This document shows, in pieces, positions 54,032 to 64,000 of a DNA stretch of 64,000 bases (positions are counted from its first letter, which is position 1; every line of letters begins with the position of its first letter). Under the pieces are notes generated by a model. That model was not told the DNA's origin and made no database searches. It was given only the letters and a program-made list of their open reading frames with translations. The stretch is from positions 20,336,001-20,400,000 of the forward strand of contig JAGIQG010000020.1 of the NCBI GenBank assembly GCA_024679065.1, given 5' to 3'. The translations under genes were made by a program, and so were the position numbers. Source of the stretch: Sphyrna mokarran (Eukaryota).

Positions 54032-54427
54032 CACAGTCCTTGTGGTCTAACCACACACAGCAGCCTCTGGACGGCGTATAGTACTGTCCATTCAATTCAA
54101 ATATAATTCTCTGTCAAAGTACCATGTTTAACCAGTCTCCTTCAGCGGGATCCGTTTGTGGCTGAATTTGGGTAAATCTCTCTTGCGTATTCCTTACTTA
54201 CATTTTCGAAGAACATTTACAATATTTCCAGGCAGAGATCGCAATTCGTTGCTTATTGCAGGATAACTAAACGCATAGCAACAGGAATGGACTTCCAGAA
54301 GAAAGCGGAAAATCTAGCAGAAATTGTGAAATCCTCTCATTACTTTGACTCAAATGATCAATCAATATAAATTACAGAGAATATTGCAAAGGCTCCGTTA
54401 TTGCGGTCAATTTATTTGTGCGAACCG

Positions 54428-54700
54428 TAACATAGAACATTACAGCACAGAACAGGCCCTTCGGCCTTCGATGTTGCGCCGACCAATATAAAAAGCAATG
54501 ACCCTCCAAACTAAACCATTCCCTTCTCTTCCATATACTTATCAACTAACCTCTTAAACGCCACCAAACTTGGCGCATCTACAACTGCTTCAGGCAGGGC
54601 ATTCCACTCCCGAACCACCCTTTGGGTAAAGAACCTACCTCTGATATCCATCCTATAACTATCACCCCTTATTTTAAAGCTGTGTCCCCTGAATCTTGAG
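54428..54700 (-). mobile_element. CR1 LINE 3' end (RT C-terminus and tail)
   Basis: ORF segment SRFRGHSFKIRG..RGRFFTQRVVREWNALPEAVVDAPSLVAFKRLVDKYM is a classic CR1 ORF2 end. Tail aacatagaacattacagcacagaacaggcccttcggcc. Confidence 0.9.
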
Positions 54701-55685
54701 GTTTCTAGTATTGTATTTTGATGCTCGGCTGTTCCCTGATCCAGGGTTTGATGAAGGCAGGTAAATGAAGTGGAGATACAGCTCAGCCTTGAGCGAAAGG
54801 AATTGTCCAAACAGATTCAAGGGGCTGCATGCCCTCCTGTTGGTGGTATCTTCCTGTTCTTCTTGCTTAAATTGCTGTCAGAAATCTGGTGATACAGTCT
54901 CCGTCGGACATCGTGGTGCTGGGATGGTTTGAGACTTAATGAACTAAAATAATCAGCAGTTTCCCTGGGAACCTGGGCAAGCCTGTTCTATCTGGTCGTG
55001 TTCTGTGCATTAATTTAACCACTAGAGAAAAACCCCGGTGTCTTTTTTTTCCTCCAGCAATCTCAACCTGCCGTTTACCGACCACCCACTCTCCGCCTCG
55101 TCCATGGGTTCCTGTGTGCGATGTGCTGTTGGGAGTATTGTCCAGAATGAAGCAAGCGTTAAAATAGACCCAAAGCATGCCCGGGCATTTTATAAACAAT
55201 ACTTAGTCTTTTTAATATATTTCTCACAGTGAAAAATCATGAGAAACAGATTGTGCCCCTTGTCTCCGTTCTTGCAGGGGTCTTTTTTCTTTTAGGGTAT
55301 AAGCCCCTTCTAAAGTCTAACTTCATTCTTGTCAATGGCAGGTTCTCGATTTCTCAAGGTTCACTATAGGTGTAATAGCGTATTTAGCTGGGAGATGCTG
55401 TCCCCACGTGTCTTTACATGTGGGCAGCCTGATCCGCATGGGAGCTTACAGTTGTATCTAGTTTTGCACATCGAATACATTCACTTCACAAGGCTTTGGA
55501 GAGGCCTTCGTGACCGGTGGATACCTCAGGAGCTAAGGTGCATCATCACCCCCAGTAATAAGATTTTACTTTGATTAACTACGTTTCCTCTGATGTTTTG
55601 TGTTAGTTACAATGCCCCAACCGAGGGCTGCCTTTACATTGTGTTTGTTCCACTTAAGAGAGCATGTAAGTCACTTCATTGGTGC

Positions 55686-56502
55686 AAACGTGGAGTCCCA
55701 GAAAGCTTGTGAATGCTTTACTCAGATGTGGAGGTCAGTCCATAACCTCAAATCCACACAGCATGGGGAGTATCGGTAAGTTTTAACCTGCATTTTCTTT
55801 TTAATTTGTCCAACAATATGCACTAAAACAGTCCACAAATTAAATCTTATAGAACGGAAAAAAACTGTGGATAAACTGAAGGTATTGACCAAAAATGACC
55901 AATCGGATCCTGCTTTCAGACATCCATTAGATTTGTAGCATTGAAAATGTTGCAAAACGTTATTACCCTGCATATTTTTGCCTGATTGTGCAACTGGTGT
56001 GGTAAACCACATGCGTGTTTCCCGTGCCCTCTTCCAGAAGTTTCATAAAATGATGGTTGTAAATCAAGTTAATATCACTAAAAGAGAGTGCAGAATGGAG
56101 ATTGGGCAATTGCATTAGATGGGTTACCTACTTGGGTGATCTTTAAAATACGATCAGTATCTAAACATTGATCATTTCTCGATATCTGAGATGTTATTTA
56201 ATGATAAGGAATAAACTGAAAGGGACCTAGAAATTGGATTCTGAGTGCTCATTTCACAAATGCAAAACTGGCCCGAATACAGGGCCAGCAGATCCGATCA
56301 ACCATGATAAACTTCCGGACCGCACCTTGCGAGTGTTACAGGTGTTCCTCATAATACTTAAAACGTGGAGTCCCAGAAAACTTGTGAATACTTTATTCAG
56401 ATGTGGAAGTTAGGCCGCAACCTCAAATCCACACAGCACGGGGAGTATCGGTAAGTTTCAACCTGCATTTTCTTTTTAATTTGTCCAAGAATATGCACTA
56501 AA
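55686..56502 (+). repeat. 142-bp direct duplication (55686-55827 and 56361-56502)
   Basis: Ungapped alignment by eye gives 11 mismatches in 142 bp (~92%). Confidence 0.95.
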
Positions 56503-56914
56503 TTAAGGTACTGAGGAGTTTGAAATATGGGGAACAATTTATTACTGGGCTCCTTGTTATGAAATTGGTTTGTCCCCAATGCCTGAATTGTTATGTAATA
56601 AACTCGGTTAGCAAATCATGACAATAACGACAAATCCCACCCCGACTTAATGGCGCTAACAGGATGGCCCTGTCCCGATGTGGTTACTTAAATAGTTCAT
56701 TCAGCGTTGTTGTTGGCCTGTTCTTTTGGGAGGTGAACAACACCAGGTATTTTATTCCGTTGCCCATTTTGATTATTACAATTGACTTATAACTTCCGCT
56801 GATAACGTTGTTTCTGGTGCCGAGCTGCTGTCGTCCGCCTTCAAATTAAGTTTATTCTAAATACGGCTGGTTTGGCAAGTCGGCCTCTAGAACTGGGGGC
56901 TGGGGAGAGAAAAT

Positions 56915-57250
56915 GAATAGCACCTCTCACAAACTCAGGTCAGGCCAAAAGACCGTATAGTCATTGAAGCATTTTTGAAGTGTAACCATTGGAGGGAATG
57001 TGGCAGTGAATTTGTGCATAATGAGCTTTCACAAACAGTGATAACGACCAGATAATCTGTTTTTATGATGTTGGCGAGAGAATAGCCTTGTTTAATATCT
57101 CGCTTAAAAGATTGAATTTCCAACAATGGAACACTCCTCCGTACTACACTGGAGTGTCAGTGTACATTGTACTCACTACTCTGGAGTGACTACTCTGAAC
57201 ACATGATGTTCTGAGTCAGAGGTGAAACTATTACCTACTGAAGCTACCAC
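56915..57250 (-). mobile_element. Deu-SINE (SacSINE1/AmnSINE1-like), decayed
   Basis: gtactacactggagtgtcag..ttctgagtcagagg head and gaccagataatctgttttt..gatgttgg body, resembling the Deu-SINE consensus. Confidence 0.65.
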
Positions 57251-57469
57251 TTGGGACAGCAATTATGACAACTGTGAGGATGTGGCCAGGGGATGGAAGG
57301 AAACAGAAGAGGGCAGAAGCAGCTGGGGACAACTGAAAAGGGAGGACACAGCACAGGAAATGCTGCCTACAATCATCACCTCTCAAAACTCAACTCCTGA
57401 GAGGAGCAACACCTTTGCTTCAATGAGGTGGACTACATTACTTATCACAGCTGCAAACCAGGATATGAC

Positions 57470-58140
57470 AGCATTATCTCTGGTTGTCACAATTACCCTG
57501 ATCCTTTGACTTTAATGCAATAGGCTCTATCCAGCTTGAAATAGCTTAAATCAGTGGTATCTCCTCATTTACTGCCACTGGGAAATCACCAAGGCTTTCT
57601 GCATCTAGTGGAACAAAGATATCACTTTCAAAATGGGCAGAATTAAAGAGGAGGAGAGAGCACAAAGTTTCAGTAGGTTTCCCCAGACTCAAGATGCAAA
57701 GGGTTGCATCCATATTGCCCTGCCTGCTTCCCTGGCAACTTTCAGAACAGAAAAGAATACAACCCAAAACAAAAGAAGACAACAAGTAATGTGCCATGAA
57801 GATTAGTCCCCTGTTTTCTTGCATCTGTTATGGTTAATTCATTCTTTATTAATCCTCTGTGCCATTTTGACTCCAACAAGACCATCAAGTCACAGGCTGG
57901 CCATTGGGTGATGAGGAATAGCACTTTCATTTTTGAACAACGACCCCCATACTCAGTTCCAGATAGAGAAGTGGCATGCAACAAGACCTACACTGCTACA
58001 AGAAATATCCTCAAGCAGACCATCTGCAAGCTCAATCAATGCTTCCACTGCCTGATGCATTTGGGAGGAGGTTTGCGGAACAGCCATGATTGCGTATCCA
58101 GTTGTATAGTCAATTGCTGCATAACTCTGGTTGTGCAACA
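57470..58140 (+). mobile_element. Fossil PIF/Harbinger (HARBI1-like) DDE transposase, multiple frameshifts and stops
   Basis: Motifs occur in the expected order: AIGSIQ (~ATGSFQ, 57517), ISGIS, GFPR..CIHIAL (~GFPRVQGAIDCTHVAL, 57676), GWPLGDEE* (~GWLLGD.GY, 57895), then ACNKTYTATRNILKQTICKLNQCFHCLMHLGGGL..VSSCIVNCC (~YN.AH..TR..IE.TIG.LK.RFRCL..SGG.L). Confidence 0.8.
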
Positions 58141-58650
58141 AGAAGTACGGAAGGAGGAGCAAGAAAAACAGCATTAGCTGCCAGTCCCCCTAGCTGCCAT
58201 CTCTCTGAGAGCATCACATCCAAACATACTTCAAGTGAACTGTTCCTCCCATCCTCAGTACACTGATAGTCCAGCAATCTTTCTCACCACTGTCCTTGCA
58301 ACCACCATTCAATTGATTCCCATCACTTTGTATTTAGCAGTCTTAATCTCTCTTTATTGCAAATAATAATACCAATACCAAATCCAGAAAAAAATACTCA
58401 ATTCTATCTGTGTATATTATTCAATCTTAATTAAGAATGAACCCTGTGAAACTCATCAGTTTCTATTTTATGTGCACCTTTATGGTATTCCTACAAAATC
58501 TTTTTCCCCTCTGCCAACAGATTGGGAGATGGAAGGCTAGTTGTGTTTCCATTAAGAAAAAACAGATGGCTGTGATAGGTAACTTCAAACAATTCTGAGT
58601 CTCAACAGTGCAGTTGACTGTAGCGTCTTGGTGCACCTTGCTGGAAAGAT

Positions 58651-58855
58651 AAAGTTGCCATAGTCCCAGATGACCATAGGCTGCTCTCTCCTCTTTGATG
58701 GGGTGAGCTGTCTAGAGGTGATTTTAACCTCAGGTGAGGGGCAAGATTGCGAAGGCAAGTCTTCATAAATAACTTCAGTGAGCACAGGAATTGAACCTAC
58801 ACTGTTGGTGTCACTCTTCATCACTGAGCCATCCAGTTGACTCAGTTAACTGACT
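58651..58855 (-). mobile_element. tRNA-derived SINE (family B)
   Basis: ggaattgaacc B-box on the - strand (~58787). The body is shared with 52167-52310. Confidence 0.75.
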
Positions 58856-60295
58856 GGTTGCACTCTTAAACTACATCCTCAAATATCCAAGGTATCAGTC
58901 ACTGAGATGGTGCTTGCTAGGGTGAAATTGAGGAATAATATACCTTCAGGAAGACTCACCACCTCTTCCTGCAATGTTGAACATTTCAGTACCTGAAATT
59001 TAGCAAAGGAACAATTTTTTACAATGAAGAGGATGCAATAGGAGTCAGAAAGGAAGAAAAAGAGTATAAGATGGGGAAATAATAATCTGCAATTCTCCTC
59101 TAGAATCACTATGTCCCTCTCCCCTGCTCATGATGGTCAACACATCTTTTCTTCAGAGGGGGAAATCTTTGCTTCTTCTGGAGGTTTTCTCCTTCCTCAG
59201 AATGTGTGAAGCATGATTGAAAATAAGAGAGAATTGTAATGAAAGTCTTGCAATGCTTCTAGAATCTATATGTCATGGGCATATAGTTTGATTGCAATGG
59301 AAATAGTGATGACTGGAGAAATGCAGATTGAAAAATTCATGCGAAGTGGAGGAAAGAAGGTGGAATAGAATGATGTTCTTAGTAATATAGCAGAAAAATG
59401 TAACCCAACATTAAGTTAAAATTTTAACTTGCTCAATCAAGTAAATGTTTGGACAATATGATAATCTAAAACCAGTAAAACTCTACAACCCCATGTCATA
59501 AGTGAATGACTCCCTTTTCCAATATTCATACACCTATAACTTATACTTCCTATCTCACAGTAGCTTTAAAGACAACATGATATAAATGCCTGACCAACAG
59601 AAATGTGTTCTTTTTGAGTATTACTGGTAACAATTGTTAAAGGAAGACTGTGTGTTGGATGTCAGTAACAATAAACCTAAAACAGTTTTTATAGATCTGA
59701 TTTGCCTGTTGGTTAGTCAAGTTTCTCCAAATATATCCAATAGCTACCACATTACAATCTGGTGGACATTTATCTTTTGCTGCATCTTATTGTTATGTGA
59801 ACCTCCTTGCAAAGAGGAATATCTATGCCACAGTCAAAATGGAGAGCCATCATCAAGGTTTCATTTTTTTTTTTCATGAAAAATGGACAGAAACATACAC
59901 AAGTAAAGCATAAAATAAAACTGCATTTAAGCTTATTCTGTTACCATAATCCAATGAATCTGACTTTAAAGTCAGAATCACAATGCATGATTTTAGTACT
60001 ATCAACTGAAAACTCCACAAACCCAGATTTAAAAAGGTTAATATTTGATGTAGCAAATCATTGTCAAAGTACCTCAAAGGTCCAACATTTTTTTGAAAAG
60101 CATGAACATCCTTTTCCATTTCTTTCATTTTTATGCATTATAGTTTTGTGAATGTTAACATGCAGATTGGAGAAGTCTGTGTTCACCAACAATGAATTCA
60201 TACCCAAGCACATGTAATCATATATTAACTGAGCTCTGTACAACTTCAATTTTAAAATTCTCATTCTGGTTTACAAATTCTTCCCTGGCCATACC

Positions 60296-60560
60296 AAAGA
60301 ACAACAAAGAACAAAGAACAACACAGCATGGGAAACAGGCCCTTCGGCCCAACAAGCCCGCGCCGCCATCCTAACGTCTTAATGACATATAGAGACCAAT
60401 ATAGGGACAATTTGTTACCCAATCAGCCTAAGAGCACATTTTTGGGATGTGGAAGGAAACCGGAGCACCCGGAGAAAACCCACGCAACCATAGGGAGGAC
60501 GTGCAAACTCCCGCAGACACAGGCCCAAATCCATGTGTCTGCACAGCAACAGTGATAGTC
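60296..60560 (-). mobile_element. V-SINE (HE1-like) with a CR1-type (aaagaac)n tail
   Basis: gggatgtggaaggaaaccggagcacccggagaaaacccacgca..gggaggacgtgcaaactcc, with tail aaagaacaaagaacaacacagca..aacaggcccttcggccc. Confidence 0.75.
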
Positions 60561-60749
60561 TCTGAGCTGTCATGTTGCCCATCTGATGGTCCAGTTTAAG
60601 CATACACTAACGACATGAAGCACTAGGCCACTCCTGAAGTAACATCCAGGAGCAGCCCTCACACGACCTGCCGAATGCATGCACCTTGTTGGTCAACAAG
60701 GTGGACCGAACAGCCTGTGGAAACACTTAAAGTATTTAAACAGTCCTCC

Positions 60750-60965
60750 TATATCCCTCTATCTGCAGACCGCTCATGTGGCTGTCCAAGAGACCCTTAA
60801 ACAACCCTAGCGTGCCTGCTCCCACCACCTTACTCGGTAGTGCATTCCACACCCCCACTACCCTTTGTGTGAAAAAATACCCTCTAATATTAGTCTTATA
60901 CATAGCCCCCCTCACCCTAAGGCCGTGACCCCTTGTTCTATCCGAATCTAATGGTGGAAAAAGCT
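60750..60965 (-). mobile_element. CR1 LINE RT C-terminal fragment
   Basis: tgcattccacacccccactaccctttgtgtgaaaaaatac reads YFFTQRVVGVWNAL, and gtgaccccttgttct reads RTRGH, on the - strand. Confidence 0.85.
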
Positions 60966-60989
60966 TTCCCTCCCTATCTTGGCAACTTC

Positions 60990-61270
60990 CTCCAGCCCCA
61001 TAAATATCTCTGTACTCTGATCTCTTGTGTACCCTTGATTTTTAATTGTTATGCCATTTTTGTTGGTGCCTTCAGCTGCCTGCATCCTGAGCTCTGAAAT
61101 TTGCAATCCAAACCTTTCACCTCTAGCTTTCTCTTCAGGTGCTTATTTACACCTACCTCTTTGACCAAACTGTCCTTCATTATGTGACTTGGTGTTATAT
61201 TTTGTTCAATAATGCCGCTGTGAAACACTGAAGCAATTTACTACTTTGAATGCACCATATTACTGCTGCT
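60990..61270 (+). mobile_element. L2-type LINE 3' end, decayed
   Basis: gccttcagctgcc..ctctgaaat, acctacctctttgaccaa and gctgtgaaacactg resemble an L2 ORF2 end and tail. Confidence 0.5.
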
Positions 61271-61694
61271 TTAATTGTTGTTCTGTTCAATAACCTAAAC
61301 AAGATTTTTGCAGATCAGATGAAATAATTGGACAATACAGCATGAAAGACAAAATTATGCTCAAGTTCATTGTGGTACTTCATTTTTTAAAAGTCGCTCT
61401 GTGGGTAAACAGATTCTATGGTGCTGATTTTGATATATTTACTGCAATACATAAGCTTTAACTTCATTGGCAGTGTGTTACTATAGACAAGACAACACTA
61501 TCTCCAGAGGTACTGAAATCTACCTAACAAGCTGGATTTCGCTTGCAATTTCTTTTTGGTTATATTACCACTACTGCCCAAGAGAGACACCAACAACTGG
61601 AGACACATAGCTTTTTCATCTTTGATCTTCAAAAGAAACTGAAAGGCAGTCATCAAGCAGAAAAAAAAAGATAGATCCAAGATACAACTTCAAA

Positions 61695-61935
61695 CTAAAC
61701 TATGACAAGGCCACACAGGTTCAAACCACTAAATGACAAAATTATAATTTTTCACTAATTGTTCTTCACCAAAAGGTTGATCAAAACACACAATGAACTT
61801 GCAGAATAGAACAGTGGAGACACCAGCCCTTGTTCATTTACTTAAGACTATTTGCATGTTATGTGAATGATTCTTCAGCGTGGATGAGCTATAATAGGCT
61901 TCCTTGTCAGGGGTTACTGCACTATTCTATGATCT
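61695..61935 (+). mobile_element. CR1 LINE 3' end, heavily decayed
   Basis: acaaggccacacaggttcaaa (TR.H.FK), ttcttcaccaaaaggttgatc (FFT.R.I) and a ctattctatgat tail. Confidence 0.55.
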
Positions 61936-64000
61936 TGTGATTTTGATAATTTTTGATGTGATGGGTGGCTCATCTCATTGGCATAGGTATAGATAGGTAT
62001 GTTACACGAATGTTGCACATGTCAGCAACACGACAATCAATGGTGGAGAGTTCGTGGCTTAACTGAGTGATGCTGAGTGCAAGGTTTGTGGGGAGTTTAC
62101 ATTAATAAGAAGCAAAGTTATAAAATGGAATATTAAAATAACAGTTTATGCATGTACTGTTCCTTTTTCCTGATTTTCTGGTATTCCCCTGCAAAATAAA
62201 TTTAGTATCTTCACTTTATACCATGAAACGATAACAATACCGCAACATCACATTTTACAATATTTCTGCAAAAAAATGGTTACTATTACGCTGTTCTTCA
62301 ATTAGGTCAGGTTCCTGGTTACCAGCATTCATAAGTCTTCACTGTTAACTCTAGTGCCCATTTCTTAACTGCAAACATATAGACCCATGATAAACTGGGC
62401 CTATGACTTCGAGACAAGATAACTAAATCTAGTAGTTTAAATGCAGGAAGCTAAATCATAGGGGATGGTCTACTCAAATTCAACCAAAATAAGTATTCAT
62501 ATAAAGTATGTTTTTATTGGGTTGGATGGGATGCAGAAGTAGTGAGTTACTGAAGTACAAATTTCCATATCTGACTGAAATTCCTCAATTGGGGTGTAAT
62601 ACACATTTAGAGAATAGATTTTAGAGATTTAATTGCAGCAAAAAACAAATGATTGGATTTGATTGTTGCATTTTGGCACAGAATTGATTAAATAAACAGA
62701 ATATTTGAAAACGTTTGGCATTCATTAAATATATATCCATTACAGTTTCCACATCCACAACTTTGCTTTCCAATGTCATTTCAAGAGAAAATAGTCCCCT
62801 TGGAGGTTAGACATGAAGAGGCAATGTTGGCAGCAAAACTACAGCAGACTCCAATGTATTTTCACCCATTCACATTTTTGTCAATTAACATGTTAGACAC
62901 TGCTTTTACGTTTTTGAGGTTTTGGTACTATTTTTGTGAAATTTCAGCTTCTTCAAATTCGGTGTTAATTTGATGTAAAAATGATTATTGATGAATCTAT
63001 TGATTAAATTTTTGGTACGTGATCTGAGACTGAGAGAGTAGAACTGTGGATCTATCTACACCCTATTTAAATGAGACATTTTTCAATACTGAGCTTGCAA
63101 TAAATCATTTCAGTGTTCCCTTGGACATTTTTGCTCTCTTTCTGACCTGCAAGATTTTCATCTCAAAAATCAGCTTTTCAACATTGGCACTTGACAACGA
63201 CAAGGCCAAGATCACAAAAACATGGTCTGATAATTCAGTCTGCCTGTAATGCTTTCCTCACCAGAACTTGAAGACCTTTCTCTTGGCAGGGACAGATTCA
63301 ATATGGTATCCAGCAAACTAGATATGTATCATACCAAAGGGCACCAATACCATGAAAACTAAGCTTGTGGTCTTTAGAGCTGTAAAGAATGCATTGTTTC
63401 CACGTGGGTCAATGACTGGTACTGAATACCAGAGCGATGCTTTATGCACTTCAAAAGATATTGCAGGTGTCATATTTCATGACAGTGATACTTGTCATTT
63501 GTAATGCTTGGTGTCCAAAAGAGCCCTGAAGCTAGCCCCAGTGCAAACACAGAAAGCACTTCACCTCACATGGATTCCTAGCATCACCACATGCACATTG
63601 GATACCTCAGGCCTTTTTCTTATTTCCATGACAGGAGATGTATTCTCACTTAGAAATTGTGATATAAAATAAATTATGTTTCTCTTCACATCACTGTTAC
63701 CATGGTTACATAAACCTTCACATTTCATTCCAGTCGCTTCTTCACAAAACAAAATTCACACTAAGAAGTGCCACATTGTAAGCAACAGGTCAATGGATGC
63801 AATAACTGAACGCCATTGACTTTATAACAGGATCGTGGTGACTGCTGCTTTTAATTCTCCTTTAATGGTAAAATGCAAAAGGTTTTTATTTTAGTCAACG
63901 TGTAAATGCATGTGAAGTGTTCATGCAAGTGGATGATGCTGTGAATTGGATATAACCTTTTTACTCTGCAACTTGTCAGAATGCAAAATTGCTATTTCTA

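Noticed and set aside
1-64000. Prokaryotic systems (operons, CRISPR arrays, defence islands)
   Set aside because: The DNA is intron-containing vertebrate sequence. There are no regularly spaced repeats and no long ORFs.

Overview
Vertebrate genomic DNA, most likely a shark or other elasmobranch, judged from HE1-like V-SINEs, SacSINE1/Deu-like SINEs and CR1 tails. The window holds one protein-coding gene: a complete five-exon LIM-homeobox gene lhx5 on the + strand (CDS 40656-47877, 1224 nt, 407 aa, all introns GT-AG). It sits in a ~33 kb repeat-poor, CpG-retaining domain (~23.4-56.9 kb) with many candidate enhancers (PBX/MEIS/HOX motifs, RFX X-boxes) and a strong REST/RE1 site downstream. The flanks carry decayed mobile elements: CR1 and L2 LINE 3' ends, several tRNA-derived SINE families, Penelope-like inverted repeats with fossil hammerhead-ribozyme cores, a family of MITEs with 3-bp TSDs, and a fossil Harbinger transposase. 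I found no convincing, wholly new biological system. The most interesting items are the Harbinger/MITE set, the hammerhead relics, the RE1 and RFX sites, and a 142-bp local duplication. Repeat boundaries are approximate and family names come from recalled consensus sequences, not database searches.
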